The notes under the pieces were generated by a model. That model saw only the letters and a list, made by a program, of their open reading frames with translations. It searched no databases and had not been told where the DNA came from. Made by a program: the position numbers and the translations under genes. Shown here in pieces: positions 35,790 to 50,850 of a DNA stretch of 64,000 bases (position 1 is the stretch's first letter; each line of letters starts with the position of its first letter). Source of the stretch: Vicugna vicugna (lineage: Eukaryota); contig MU058718.1 in NCBI GenBank assembly GCA_013265495.1, forward strand, positions 496,001-560,000, given 5' to 3'.

Positions 35790-37640
35790 GTTTTTGTTAA
35801 ATTATGGTTAAAAACACACAAAATTTACCATCTTAACCATTTTTTAAGTGTTTGGTAAAATAGTAACTTTACACACGTTGTACAACAGCTCTCTAGACCT
35901 TTTTCATCTTGCAAAATTGAAACCCTCTACCCATTGGACAAGTACCCCTTTTCCACACTCCCCCAGCCTCTGGTAACCACCATTCTACTTCCCAAGAATG
36001 TGCTTCAGATTCTTCATATAAGTAGAATTATGTGGTATTTGTCTTTTTGTGACTAGTTTATTTCACTTAGCATAACATCCTCAAGATTCATCCATGTTGT
36101 AGCATGTGGCAGGATCCCCCCCCTTTATTTAAGGATTTCCTTCTTTTTAAAGGTTGAATAATATTCCATAATATGTATATACTACATTTTCTTTATCCAT
36201 TCATTTGCTGATTTAATACTGCAACAAACATGGGTGTGCAGGTATCTCAAGATCCTGTTTTCAGATCTTTTGGATATACAAACCAGAAGAGAAATGGCTA
36301 GATCATATCATAATCCTTTAAAACTTTTTGAGGAAACTCCATACTATTTCCCATAGCTGCTTTACCATTTTACATTCCCACGAACAGTGCACAAGACTTC
36401 CAATTTCTCCACCTCCTTGCCAAAACTTGTTATTTTTCGTTTTTTTGATAGTGGCCATCCTAATGGGCATGAAGCAATATTTCATTGTGGTTTTGACTTG
36501 CATTTCCCTGATGATTAGTGATGTTGAGTGTCTTTTCATGTGCATATTGACCATTTGTACCTCTTCTTTGGAGAAATGTCTAAGTACTTTTTAAAAAATC
36601 AGGTTATTTGTTTTTTTTGTTGTTGTTGTGTTGTAGGTGTTCTTTATATATTAATCCCTTATCAGATAAATAGTTTGCAAATATTTTCTCCCATTTTGTA
36701 GGTTGCCTTTTCCTTTGCTGCACAGAAGCTTTTAGGTTTAGTGTGGTCCCATTTGTTTCTTTATTCCTTTGTTAACTATACTTTGGTGTCATACACATGA
36801 AATCATTGCTCATTCCAGTGTCATAAGATTTCCTCCTTTGTTTCCCTCTGGGAGTTTTATAGTTTCAGTTCTTAAGTTTAGGTTTTTAACCCATTTGAAA
36901 TTAGGAAGTGTGAGACCTCCTGCTTTGTTTTTCTGTCCCAAGATTGTTTTGGCTATTTGGGAATTTCTGAGATTTCATATGAATTTTAGAATGCCTTTTT
37001 CTATTTCTGCAAAAAAAAAAAAAGTCATTTGGGTTTTGACAGGGATTGCATTAAATCTGTAGACTGCTTTGGGTAGTACGGATATTTTAATAACACTAAG
37101 TCTTGCAATTCATGAACAAGGGATATCTTTCCATTTATTAGTATCTTCTTTAATTTCTTTCATTAATGTTTTATAGTTTTCCAGTGTATAAGTCTTTCAC
37201 CTCCTTAGTTAAATTTATTCGTAAGTATTTTATTCTTTCTATTAGCAGACTTTATTTTTTAGAGAAGCTTTAGATTCACAGTAAAATTGAGTGGGAGGTA
37301 TAGAGATTTCCCACATACCTCCTGCCCCCACTCATGTAGAGCCTTCCCTTTATCAACATCCCCCACCTCACGGGTACATTCGTTGCAACTGATGAACCTC
37401 TACTGACATATCATAATCACCCAAAGCCCATAGTTCACACTAGTTTTCACTCTTGCTGTACATTCTATGGGTTCAGACAAAAGTATAATGATATGTATCT
37501 ACCATTATAGTGTCATATGGAGTAGTTTCACTGCCCTAAAAATCATCCATGTCCCACAATCATCACCTATTTTATTCTTGTTAGTGTTATTGTAAATGGA
37601 ATTATTTTCTTAACTTCCTCTTCAGATGGTTTGTTGATGT
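35790..37640 (-). mobile_element. Older LINE-1 (3' UTR plus ORF2 pieces) with a nested fragment at 37238-37567
   Basis: ORF 36318..36554 on the minus strand is L1 ORF2 C-terminal ([19 protein letters not shown]). The nested piece is bounded by TSD TATTTTATTCTT (37226-37237 / 37568-37579). Confidence 0.88.
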
Positions 37641-38657
37641 GTCTTTAAATTCTTTCTAAAGCTGTAGATTCACCTCTTGCTCCCTCTGTCCCACAGTCTC
37701 CTTACAATTTTGGGAGGTCATTTGCTTTTGAGAAGCCCTTAGATTTCCCCCAAGAAATGTCAACTGCTGGAATGTCGGTGGCGGACTCCAACTAAGTGAA
37801 ACTTCAGCTGAGCAGAAGACAAAAGGGTTGTTCTCTTCTACAACACTTCTCCATGACCTTGGACTCCTACTCCCGAGGCAGCCCAGCTTAGCCTGGTCCT
37901 GTTCGGCCCTTACCCTGGACACAGCTCTTCTTTGTTTTGTAACTCAGAGTCACCCTCCCAGGTGTGGAACAGAGTTCACTCCTTTTTTGGGAGGGCCTGT
38001 CCTTTCTGGACTGGGTTCGGTTTTAAAACATCTATCACATGAGTTCCTTGGCTTCAGCACGGTGGGTTCCTTGGCTGCCAAGATTTTGGTTAGAGAGGAA
38101 ATGTTATCAGAGGACTGGAAACGGTGAGTCCCACAAGACTTAACATCACTTTGAGGGCCTATTCCTGGGCGATTCCAAGGTTTTGGTTGGACGGTGGGAG
38201 TGTTTGGGTGCCTGACTTCAGTCACATTTTCATGGCCCTCTGAGTGAAAATACAGCCTCTGGCACACGCATCACACAGCCCTAACGCATCCATCCGCTTT
38301 TTCTCTTATTTCTACATTCTCCTGTTTGGTTTGAGCAATGTGTCCACAACTCTGACCTTTTGGAAAATCCTTGAACTTTGGGAACTGACCGTGCTGCCCA
38401 GAGAGCCGTGGTCTGGCTGCTGATCAGTGTTGAGAAGGCTGTGTTGGGGGAGTCCTGCGACGCAGTACCTGGGCGTGGATGAAAACTTCCTCGGAGGCTG
38501 TCACCCTTAGATTATGTAGATTTTCTGCCGATTTTAGGACGAGTTTCTTCTTCTCCTTCCTTTTCCCAGATCTTTTCATGTTTGAAAATGTGCCAAATGA
38601 ACAGACAAAAGAGATTTTTCTTATGCGGGGCCGTTTCACTTCTAAAACTTAGGGACA

Positions 38658-38915
38658 GTTACCAAAGGGTAAAGGGTAAGGAGGGGTAAATTAGGGGTTA
38701 GGGATTAACAAACACACATTACTATATATAAAATAGATAAACAACAAGGACCTACTGTATAGCTCAGGGAACAATATTCAATTTTTTGTAATGACATGTA
38801 ATGGAAAAGAATCTGAAAAGAAAAAAAAATGTATATGTATGTATAACTGAATCACTTTGCTGTACACCTGAAGCTAACATTGTAAATCAACCACACTTCA
38901 ATAATAATTAAAAAA
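38658..38915 (+). mobile_element. Short LINE-1 3' end
   Basis: TSD AAAACTTAGGGACA (38644-38657) / AAACCTTAGGGACA (38916-38929), with an A-tail. Confidence 0.9.
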
Positions 38916-39644
38916 AAACCTTAGGGACAAATTGAATAGGAAACAGAAAAGCTAGTGAATAAAAATCAGTTTCAAATGACTAGCAGGGACCACAGAATTA
39001 TTTCATAGTGATCATTGGGAAAGTATCTTTAACCAAGGACAACTAATTTCAGAGCAAAATTTCTCATTTTTCATTCTGGGTCCTTCTGAAAGTTGATTCA
39101 CCAGGGAGCAAAGAGCATGTGAATTTGAAGTTCTCAACCAAATATCTGAACTTCTCTTGCCTAGCAGTTGTTAAAATCACCTTGTGATGAAGGGGTGGGA
39201 GAAGAGTGACTGCTCACATTAGTGCTTGAGTATTTTAACAGAATTTCCTTATAGATTCCATATTTAGAAAATAATTATAAAATTTAAAGTAGCTTGTGTA
39301 CTTGAAGTATAAACAGGTCAACAATGAAGTCTCATAGACTTCTTATCTAGAACACTGTGAAAAGAAAATTAAGATCAAAGTGAAACCCCGAGTCCTGAGA
39401 ACGGATAATTTACGTTTCCTGCATTTTCAGTTTTGGGGGGATGGAAGAGAAATCTTCCAGATTTAACACTGTGTGTATATGTGTATGTATGTGTACATGT
39501 ACATGTGCATATGTGTGTTTGTGTGTATATGTGAGTGTGTGTTTATATCCAACATTAAATCTGGAAAAGTTTTTATAAGGTGCTACTTTTTTTATGGGAT
39601 GTACTAAACTTTTAATAGTACTTTCTACAAGTAGTACTTTTCTT

Positions 39645-39740
39645 TTTTTTAACTGAAATATAGTTGACTTACAATGGTGTGTTAGTTTCTGGTGTAAAGC
39701 ATAGTGATTCAGTTAAACATACATTTTCTTATACTTTTTC
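39645..39740 (-). mobile_element. Very short LINE-1 3' end
   Basis: Poly(T) followed by aactgaaatatagttgacttacaat, with a degenerate TSD (acaagtagtactttt / acaagtattatttt). Confidence 0.7.
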
Positions 39741-40251
39741 ACAAGTATTATTTTCTTAATAGCTTTCTTAAGTAAAAAAGAGTTTCATTTTATCAGTGAG
39801 AAAGTTGGGGCTCAGGGAGGATTAAATGATTTGAGTCACTGCCACTGGGTTAAAGAGCAGGGGTCCCTGTCTTGACTCCACCTATTGGTCTTCCTGTTAA
39901 CCAATGGGCCCAGAGCATGAGATCACTGCTAGCTCATGGTTGCAGCTGGTTAATCTTTTCCAGTTAACTTCTGTAACCCTGAGCCTCACTCTTTTGAACT
40001 GTTATATTTTTTAAAAAATTTAAATTTTAGATTTTATGATCATGGCCCATACACATTTAATTATTGTGCAGTATTTGCTAAAACTGAATTTCCTGCCCAC
40101 AAAATATATTGGCCTTAATATGTAGAATCAGATTTTTGATGATGTATGCCATCAGCTTTGCCTTTTGAACTAAAAAGTGCTGCTGGGAGTAACTTTAAGA
40201 TACAAGTGTCAGTCGGCCACCTGTGGTTCTACATTTAAAAAATATTGTGTA

Positions 40252-41703
40252 GAGAAAGAAGAACAGCAGGAGGAATCACACTCCTTGAGTTCAGGCTATA
40301 CTACAAAGCTACAGTCATCAAAACAGTACCGTACTGGCACAAAACAAGATGCATAGATCAATGAAACAGGATAACGAGCCCAGAAATAAACCCATGCACT
40401 TATAGTCAATTAACCTATGACAGAGGAGGCGAGGATAGACAATGGAGAAAAGACAGTCTCTTCAATAAGTGGTGCTGGGAAAACTGGACAATAAATGTAA
40501 AAGAATGAAATTAGAACATTCTCTAACTCAAAATGGATTTAAGATGTAAGACTGGAAACCATAAAAGTAGAGGAAAACATCGGCAGAACCCTCTGACATA
40601 AATTGCAGTAATATTTTTTTTGGATCTGTCTCCTAAAGCAAAGGAAATAATAGCAAAAATAAACAAATGGGACCTAATTAAACTTAAAAGCTTTTCCAAA
40701 GCAAAAGAAACCAGCAACAAAACAAAAAGACAATCTACTGAATGGGAGAAGATATTTGCAAATGATATGACCAATAAGGGATTAATATCCAACATATATA
40801 AACAGTTCCTATAACTCAACATCAAAAAAACAAACAGTCTGATTTAACAATGGGTGGAAGGCCTAAACAGACATTTTTCCAAAGAGGAAAAGCAGATGGC
40901 CAACAGGCACATGAAAAGGTGCTCAACATCATTCATCATCAGGGAAATGCAAATCAAAACCACAATGAGATATCACCTCACACTTACCATCAAAAAGAAC
41001 ACAAATAACAAATGTTGGGGGAAGATTTGGAGAAAAGGGAATCCTGATATACGGTGGGTAGGAATGTAAATTGGTGCAGCCTCTGTAGAAAACAGTATGG
41101 AGGTTTCTCAAAAAACTAAAAATAGAACTACCATATGACCCAGCACTTCCACTTCTGGGTATATATCTGAAAAAAGCAAAAGCACTAATCAGAAAAACAT
41201 ATGTGCACCTACGTGCACCCATGTTCACAGCAGCATTATTTACAGTAGCCAAGATATGGAAACAACCTAAGTGTCCATCAACAAATGACTGGATAAAGAA
41301 GATGTAGTGTATACATATACAGTAGAATAGTACTCATAAAAAAGGGCAAAATTCTGCCATTTATAGCAACATGGGTGGACTTGGAGGGTATTATGCTAAG
41401 TAAAATTAGTCAGACAGAGAGAGACAAATACCGTATGATATCACTTATATGTGGACTCTAAAAAATACAACTAGAGAATATCACAAAAAAGAAGCAGACT
41501 CACAGATACAGAGGACAAACTAGTGGTTACCAGTAAGTGGGGAGGAGGGGCAAAACGGGTGAGGGAGTGGGAGGTACAAACTGTGTGTGTAATACAGGCT
41601 CAAGAATGTATTGTACAGCATAGTAAATACAGGCAATATTTTATAACTGTAAATGGAAAGTGACCTTTAAAACTGTATAAAAATTAAAAAATTAAATATA
41701 AAT
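40252..41703 (+). mobile_element. 5'-truncated LINE-1
   Basis: ORF2 fragments ([34 protein letters not shown]), a 3' UTR and an A-tail. TSD aaaaatattgt / aaaaatactgt. Confidence 0.93.
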
Positions 41704-44700
41704 AAAAATACTGTATGTATTTTAAACTGGTAATAAAGGTACTTAGCACAAAGTTCAAACAGCACAAAAGGGTATTAACGAGAAGTGTACCTCTGCCTCT
41801 ACCCTTGAGTGAGCTAGACGTCTGTTGCCATCAGGGATATTTTATGACATGCTTTACTATTACTGAAAAATGAAAACACTTCTCTTCTCCACCTAGGCTG
41901 ACTATACGTGCTTCCTGATGGTAGAATGCGTGCCTCTAAAGCGGTGAGTGGTCTCTGTAACAAACAGAATGTAAGATCCATTACGATTATTATTTCTAGT
42001 GTTCTTTTTAAATCAATGTTAGGTGCTTTCTCAAAAAATTGTTTAGTGAAAACTTTTGCCCCCACATTGTGTCCATTTTATAGAACTTGGACCACCTGAG
42101 CAAAAGAAAAGTGCTTCTGGTGAGCTGAGTGTCTAAAGCAGAGACTCTTAAAATTTGGTTTTCTTTCACTTTTCACCTTTTTGGAATAGGTAATACATTT
42201 ATTTGCAAACCTTATGAAGAGCACAAAAGGATATTCAGTGAAAAGTCTCTGTTCCCAGCCACCCAGTTCCCCTCCCCAAAGTCACTGTTTTGTACTACTT
42301 ACTGTCTCATATATATTTCCGAAAACAGTTAAGGCATGGGTGGGCAAAACCATTCACACACAGTTATTTTTATAGTAGATATAGCATGTATCTGTTTGCT
42401 TATTTAAATCAAGGATTCTTGACTATGTGTGCCCAACAGAATCACATGGGGGAACTTGAAGACCATCACTGTGCCTGCATCCTAGGTGGCCTCATTTACT
42501 CTCTGTAGTTGTACTTGGAAAAAATTGCCCTTGCTTATTCTGGTGGGCTCCCCCAGTTGTGAAACAACCATTCAGACCCATGGAGCCCATCAGGAAACCA
42601 CTGGGCCCGTGTCCAGGCAATCTGGGCAGGGGAAGCTGTGTGGATCGCTCTGTGAGCAGATGGGTTCCCGGCCGAGGGTTCAGGGCATCTGCAACCACTC
42701 AGTTGATAAGGCTAAAGGTAAACTGTCCCTTAAAAGGGACTGTCTCCAGATTAATAGAATCAGTGCTGCAATTACCTGTGTATAAATCACTTAGTTCTCT
42801 GGCCTGATTTTTCTAAACATATCCTACTTTTTCCCCTCTGATTTTCATAGCTGTTTGTCATAGAAAGCATAGAAAATATAGTAAGGCATAAAGAAAAAGA
42901 CCAGTTACCCATAATTACATAGACCAGGGATAACTACTGTCAACATTTGTTTTATTTTACTTTATAAATTGTGCAAATAACATGCAGACAATTCTGGAGT
43001 ATTTAAGCAAATCCATGCAGATATTATCTGTATTTACTTTAGTCTGTAATACTAATGGGTAAAGGGTAAGGAAGGACTTTACATACACACACACAGACAC
43101 ATACACACACAATCACATCCTACAAAAATCTACAATGATTACTTAATATCATAACCATTTTGCATTGGCCTTTCCCCCGACTGTCTCAAATTTCTTTTTA
43201 GAGTTCGTTATTAACACTTTGATAGATGCTCTGCCAGTCCTCGCCCCCTCCTCCTGCCGGTGTAGCTGTCTACGATACCTGGATACTGTAAAGCATACGT
43301 AGCCTTTCCCTCTCCTATCTTGGTATCTTATACTGGTGTATCTTATCCTGTATCTTTGTTTAAACGCTTACATGACATTCCAGGGTAGAAATGTCATAAT
43401 GTATCTATCAGTTTCATAATGTTGGACTTTCAGGTTGCCTCTGGTTTTTTTATTATTAGGAATAATTCTACAGTAAACATCTCTGTTTCTCAAGAATAAG
43501 GCTCTAGATATGGATTTACTGGGACAAAGAAGTCACCCCCCTCTCTCACTTCCCCTCCCCTAAGTAACAAGAACACATGGCCTCAGATGAGCTGTTCACC
43601 CCCACCTTCTGCAATGTATGTATGTCTTCTGTCTTAAAGCCAAAATTTTTATAGCACAGAAGTTAATTTCTTCTTTCACCTGGGAGTAACTCTGCACCTC
43701 ACTTATCTTGGCCCATTCACACTTTTAACAGAAAATGTTATAGAGACAATTGTAGGTTTACACGCAGTTGTAAGAAGCACTACACAGAGCTTTTATATAA
43801 TTTGCTGCGTTTCCCCAATGCTAAATTTAGCAAAACTATCATACAATATCACAACCAGGATGTTGACATTAATACAATTCACTGATCTTATTCAGCCTTC
43901 CCCATTTTGGTTCACTTGTGCTTATGTGTCTGTGTGTCGGGGTGTGTGTATTAAGTTTTATGCAATTTTATTGCTTTTGCTGGTTGGTGTATCCACTATC
44001 ACCATCAAGATACTGAGCAATTCCATTTTCACAAAGAGCCATTGTATTGCCTTGTTATAATCACACACACCTCTTTCACATTTTAAAAAGACTATTGATA
44101 AATATCCCAAATTACTTCCTGGCAAGGTATTACCAGAATTGAGCATCATTTAAAAAATGTAATATATTACTAGGGAGGGCAATATATTTTCACTGTCCTA
44201 CCTTAATGTTAAAGTCTTTTAATACATTTATTATCAAATTGGGTCCCAAAGAGTACTGCAAACCCTCTCCTAAAGGGGATGGGACAGCCATTTCTTCCAT
44301 GTCTTTAGTTGTCTAATACTTCAGAATATTATTTACTGCAAAAAATCAAATCATTGAAGCAGCGAAATGCAATAAGTGTACAGATTTATGTCTTTTACAA
44401 AGCTGGTACTAACTTTATAGAAACTCTACTCATGGGGTTGAGGTAACAGTATTTTGCTTAATGAAGTTTTCTGGCTAAGGGCAGACTGGAAGACTTTGCT
44501 AAAATTATTTCTAAAAGGGATCGGATCTAAATCAAAGGACACTTACCTTTTCTCAGCACAGTTTAATGAAAAATAATTTGATTTTCTTTGAGTGGAGGTA
44601 ACTCTGGCAGGAGGGGCCCTCTCAGTCTATCTCTCTGATAAATGAGCGTATTTGTTCTGCTTGTCACTGATCAGGGTAATCCAAGTCATTGTGGCAGCTG

Positions 44701-46509
44701 GCTCCTGGTGTGGGGTCAGAATTCTTACTGGTCTACAGTGAATCAGTGGGGATCCACCTTTTAGTATAAGCTATCATTTCTCCTAAAAACAGAGTGTTGC
44801 CAAATTTGGAATTGAGGAGATTATAAACAACGTTATAGAAATGAACTTGGAATAGAGGGAATTGTAAAGAAAGTGTTGGGGGGAAGTGGAATTAGAAGGG
44901 ACTATCCTTAGACAAACACAGCATGGAGAGGCACCAGGGCCAGAAATGAATGGAAAAATGGCCACATACGTTGCATGGCAGATGCAATTTAATTTCAGCC
45001 ATGTAATCATGTACAGCTTAGATCTATAAATCATATATGGAGTATAAACAAAGAAGATGGACTCTGAAAGACCCTATGTGTATTTGCCATTTAGAACAAC
45101 ACTAAATGCAAACGTCCTTTGCCTCAACAATTCTCCTTTGGGGAATTTATCCTCTACATGTATTTGTATATGTGTGAAACTGACATTTGTGTACAAGGTT
45201 ACTCACTGCAGCACTGTTTGTAATAAGAAAGCTCTTGTTTATAAGTCAGCTCAAAACTCAAAGTATGTACAATAATCACATGAAGTTTGGGTTGTGATTT
45301 CTAGTGTCCTTCCACCCAGAGGCAGGTCAGATTCTGATCCACTGTCCATTTTTATCTCTTGGGTTTACAAGGCACAAAGTTCTGAGGATGGACAGGACAC
45401 TTGGTTGGTTCGTGCTGAGAACCCCTAGAGGCTTCTCGTTCTAAGAGCAGCCCGTGGCCGGCAGTCGTGGCGTTCTTGACGGTCTTTTACATTGGAGACT
45501 GGAACAGGGCGGTTCGGGGGAACTTGTCCTTTGACAAAGTGTTCTGTAAGCAGATGAAGTGAGGGAAGCAGAACTGTCCTCATCATCCTTTTCCTCTTAC
45601 TCTTTCCCCTTAGGATCAGAAGCAAAAGGCCACAAATCTTCCTTATATAAAAGCCACATCAGGTATTACAATTTGGAAGGAAAGTTCAGGCCTGTGTTCC
45701 TGTAATTATGAACAGACTGTTTGTTTTGTTTAAGCAACATCTGTGTCTCACAGTCTGTTTTACAGATGTGTAATTGCTCTCATAACTTGCACTGACCTGA
45801 GTTTGGGGAAGATCACTATTGGAGACCTAGAACTTCTGATAGGATGGGGACACAGAGTTCCTCTTGTTAGCTTCTAAATGCACGTAACAAAACAAAATGA
45901 AGTGTAAATTAAAAATATAACCATGGAATATTACCTGTTTCTGTGGTGAGAAATATTTACATAGTCACCATGTAAATGCTGGCTAGTGAGCTAGCCAAAG
46001 ATTGTGAGACAACCTCTATCTTGGGAGGAAAGGAATAGGAGTTAAATCCTCATCTGTCATGAGTTTAGATAACAACTAAATTGAACAATCAAGAAAGAGC
46101 AATTATGCACAATTTTTAGTTAAGTAACTAGAAGGAGAAACAGCTAATGGACTTTAAAAGAGTTGTGTAAGTAGGAAGGTGGGGGGGCCTCTTATTTAAA
46201 TTATAAGCCTTCTGTCACTATGATTTTTTAAAAAATCATGTGCCTGTGCTTATTTTATTAAAAGTTAAAAACATACCTATCTCTTTAGCTACATCAAGGA
46301 AACCAAGAGAATAAGGGTAAGTATAATGCCCTTTGAAATATCCCTGAATGTTACAACTAAAGTAATGCTTTGGAGAAAAAAGATAAAACTGGAGCGTGTG
46401 AATTTTTGGATGAAATAAAGGAGTCATTGCTTTCCTCTAACCTTAATTAGTCTGAATTTTTACACCTTTTCTTCCCTCTGCAATTCATGGGCCTTCTGGT
46501 GTTCTAGAT

Positions 46510-46843
46510 CAGGGGTTGGCAAATTTTTTCTGCAAAGGGCTTGACAGTAAATATTTTACATTTGGCAGGTTACATGGCTTCTTGCGGCTACTCATCGTAG
46601 TATGAAAGCCACCCCAGACAAGACAGAAGTGAACGAGTGTGGCTGTGTTGCAGTATAAATTCATCCGTGGACACCGAAATCTGAATTCCACATAATTTTT
46701 GTGTGACTATATAATATTCACATATAATTTAATGTTCTTTGGGGAGTCTTCTTCAATCATTAAATAATGTGAAAACCATCCTTAGCTCGTGAAACTTAAC
46801 AAAAGCAGGTGGTGGGCAGGACCTGGTCAGCAGGCCATAATTT
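46510..46843. mobile_element. MER58-like hAT-Charlie MITE
   Basis: CAGGGGTTGGCAAA start, with an 8-bp hAT-type TSD TTCTAGAT / CTCTAGAT. Confidence 0.75.
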
Positions 46844-47499
46844 GCTCTAGATTTAACATATCTGTGTCCTCCCGCAGTGAGTCGCAAAGCCCCGTGGCCA
46901 CCTAGGCTGCAAAGAGGAACTGACGTGGAATAGGTCAGCATCAGTCCCAGCACTCACAGCTACGGAAACCATCTCGCCGAGGGCTCTACAGTCCTCATGG
47001 GCTCTTAAGAGTTAAACTTTGTTCTTCTTGCCTCCTCCCTGATTCTCATTTATTTTTACAGCTACTTATAGAAACATCCCTGCGAATGAAGCTATATTTC
47101 AACAAGTCCTTCATCATTGGAAATCTCATTACCAGAGGTAGGAATAATAGGGAGGTCATAAATGCAGAGACCTGGGTTCCCTTTGTTCCAGGAGAGCTGG
47201 ACAGGGCCACCTTGGCTTCAGCAGCTTCTGAGGGTTTGGGCACAAAGGAGGCTTCATAGATATAAGGCCTTGTGTCCACCCACAGGTGACCAGCCCAGGT
47301 GAGTCCTGGGAGGGAGGTCCTGCCTGCCCTGAGAAGACCGCCCTGGAGACAGCACCACAGCCCCCTTCCTTGTCACTGTAGGTGCCATCACTGGGCAGGA
47401 CACAGATGTCCTACCCTCCATGGCTTTGTTCCCCTTGGTCTGTGTTGTGTGTTGGGATATAAAGATGAGTGAGGCCGCCCTGTCCTCAAATCTGGAGGG

Positions 47500-48130
47500 T
47501 GGCAAGTTGATAAATATTTGGAGCACATTGGATGAATAGCTCTAATACATGTGGAGCCCACAACGGAGAGGGGAGTAGCAGAGAAAGAGGGTCAAAGACA
47601 TAGGCAGAGGCCAAGTCACAGGAGTCCCTGCCCATGTCCTGCCCCCAGAACTGATCGTGAGGCTGTGGAAAGCTGGTAGGAGCGTGGGCTGTAATTGGAA
47701 GTGGACAGTGGGGGGCTAGTGCATTAATTCAGAGGGGATGATGAGACACGAACTAGGTCAGTGGCAGCAGGGGCTGAGAAGAGGGAACAGCAGAGAGATT
47801 TAGGGGGTAGAGCCTGAAAGAGCTTGTCTGCGAACAACTGAAGACAGTGTGGGACCACCCCCAGTTTGGGGGGCTTGAGGGGGAATCACAGCAGCACTGA
47901 TCGCTGAGGTAATAGTAGTAAGAGAAATTGGCTTTGGGGGGTCCTCAGGGTGGGGAAAATGGTGGCAGTGGGATCTTTGGTTAGACAAGACCATTGAGGT
48001 CTGTGTGGGACACCCAAGTGTAGACGTCTAGTAAATAAAGTTTAGGAGTGAGGACTGGACTGGAGGCAGATGTGAAAGTCAAGTGCAGACAAGTTACTGC
48101 TCAAGTTGTGCCTGGAGCCAAGGTCAGACA
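47500..48130. mobile_element. Decayed L2 fragment (another near 50160-50510)
   Basis: Purine-rich L2-type motifs (gaggtctgtgtgggacacccaagtgtagacgtc; tgagatgggagccgttggagggt...gagatgatggtggcttggacc). Confidence 0.6.
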
Positions 48131-48316
48131 GGGAGAGGGTGCAGAGTAAGGAGACTGGAGAAGCAAGAACTCCTCCAAAGACCATCCACAATGGGGCTCA
48201 GGGAACCATGAGAGATGGGTGTGCCCAATGTCAAGAATGGGGTTTCCAGAAAGAATGTGAAGAAATCAGGGTGGATATGTGTACAGACATGTTCCCATGA
48301 GGTTATTTATTCTGGA

Positions 48317-48655
48317 GTTGTTGATAACATCAAAAAGTTGATCTTTGCCTTTAAATCTCCCCCCATGGGCAGAAATACCCACTCAACCATAAAAAGCAAA
48401 TTCTCCTAGCGTCAACAAGACAACCCCTTAAAAGATAGCAATCCTTCTTCATCTTGTGAGGAGCTGCCTGGATCTGGATTGTGTAAACTGTCAATAATAC
48501 ATCATTTGATGTACAGCCCCCATCTCAAAAGCCTTACATAACTGTGCCTTGACTTCCAATGGGCGGAACAGTTCTCAGAGCTTTCAGAGATGCTCTTCCC
48601 AGGTTGTAACCCTCAAATTTGGCTCAAAGAAAAGCTTCCATTTCTTTTTGAAATA
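48317..48655 (+). mobile_element. ERV1 LTR fragment related to the 4867-5337 LTR
   Basis: gaacagttctcagag...ttggctcaaa...ccatttcttt is shared with the reverse complement of 4905-4986. Confidence 0.7.
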
Positions 48656-50669
48656 AAAGGTGACATAGCTTAAGTATCCAACAACAGGGCTAAATAATGA
48701 CATGATCCTATGGTACAATGCCATATAGCTGTTCAAGTATGAAAAGAATATATAAACACTGGCAGCAACACAGCGAAGCAAGTAATAGAAAATTCGATTT
48801 AGTATTTATTGTTTACTCAGTAGTCATTCATACGTTCCTATTTGCCTCTTCTCTTTTTCAGATTATATAGCATGAACTTGTACTGCATTGACAAGCAAAC
48901 CTGTCTGAGTAGGCGGGACCACACGGCAGAAGGGCCCGACGGAGCTAGTCGTGGGAAATCACAAGCTGGTAGTGCCAGCACTGCTGGAGGAGCGGATGGG
49001 AACAGAGGAGGGAGAACCCGCAAGTGTAGGTTCCTCTTTGAAGAGGGCTGGCTGTAAAGGGAAAGTGAGACAAAGGGGCCACACCTAGAGCGGATGAAGA
49101 GTCGAGGAACTGCGTATTCAGGTAGGAGAGCCTTGGCCAAGCTCACCCATTAAAGAAAAGAAGCAGTCTCTAGGGAAAGGGGAATGAGAGGGGACTACTG
49201 AGGGGGCAGGGGCTCGCGGAGGAGCAAGGAAGGGGGTCTAGAACTTATCTGAGGGATGTCTTGGAGGCAGGATATGGGAACAACGAGGGAAAGAATGCAA
49301 AGAAATGTGATGATGTGTGGGTATGGGGGGCGAGGATGGAGCAGGGTGCCTACTGAAACACTTCTGGGTGAGATGACTTCATGTCTGAGGTCTGCTTTTA
49401 AATACTTCTGGGGGTGGGGTTAGGATAGGGGGTTGGGATAGATGAGATAAAATTAGCAAATTGTTGATCATTGTTGATGCTGGGTAATGGGGGTTTATCA
49501 TCTAATTCTGAATACTTTTTTGAACTTTCAAAGCTTTCCAAAATTAAAAATTTTAAAAGCCCCCTTCTTACTTGAGGACATCAGCTGAGTCTGACCTGCC
49601 TCCTAGCTGTGGCTCTTAACCCAACAGCTTCCTACAGCTGCACCCCAAACAGGACACACTTTGGCTTCCTGGCTGCCTTATTCTTGTCCCAGCCTCTCTG
49701 GGCAAGAAGGGGCCCGGGCAAGTCCCTGCTACAAATGGGTGGCCATTTCTGCAGCAAGGGTTCGGTGGCCAGACTAGTCACCCTGGAATAGAACAGAATC
49801 TTGAATGCAGAACCCCCAGGTAATCTTGGGCCAACAGCATCAAACCATGCAGTAAACAGTGGGCTGTGGCACCACTCTGAGTGCCCCCTGGTATTATGCT
49901 GTCTAGAGGGTCTGTGGGCCAAGGCATGTCTGGGCTTAAACTCATGGTAGAATAATGATTGGGGAAAGAATAATCACATTTGTGCTTTGCTCAGGGATCT
50001 GAGTCCTGGCCCCAGGAGCCGGGCATCACTCTTAGAGACTCATCTTCTCATGTGATTATGGTATCCAGAATACAAACTCTAGACCTTTATTTCTTGAGAT
50101 GGTGCTTTGAAAGATTTTGGCACATAATGAACGTTCAGTGAATGCCAGCTCATTACCATCTAAGTCCGACTGCAGGTCTGAGGGCCCATGAGGACTTGAC
50201 TTTGACTAAGTGAGATGGGAGCCGTTGGAGGGTGCTGAGCAGAGAAGAGGCAGGATCTGACTTAGGTTTTACAGGGGCAGTGGGGCTATTCTGAGAAAAC
50301 AGAATAAGGGGGGAAGCTGCGTGTAGCTGGTGGCTGGCTGGCTGGTGATTTCCAAGTAGGAGATGATGGTGGCTTGGACCAGTGTGGTCTTGGTTGGGGG
50401 TGTGAAAAGTGGGAGATTATGGATCAAGTTTAAGGGAGAGCCACGAGATCTGCTGAGAGATTGCCTGTGAGGTGTGAAGGAAGAGAAGGCACCAAGGACG
50501 GCTCTAAGACTGGCAGCCTGAGGTGGAAGAACAGGGCTCCCACCGGGCTCTAGAAGGGGCACAGCTGAACAAGGGCCGATCCAAGGGCTGGGACATCAAT
50601 GGCTCAGGAAGCGAGGCTGAAAAATCGGAGTGTCTTTATTGATGAATATGCCTACTTGTTCTCAGGAGG

Positions 50670-50850
50670 AAGAAGTTGCAAACTGGTAGCCCATGGGTCA
50701 AATCTGGCTGGCAGACATGCTTGGTTTGGTTCTCACACTATTTATTAAACAACCGAATTGGTTGCTGATGTTTACAATCATGGCATTTTCTATAAAAATC
50801 TGGATTGTCTGCTCTTTTAGAGAAGTGGAAGATCTGGCAACCCAGGTAAC
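50670..50850. mobile_element. hAT-Charlie MITE (MER102/103-like)
   Basis: gttgcaaactggtagcccatgggtcaaatctggc ... taaaaatctggatt...gaagatctggcaac. Confidence 0.55.
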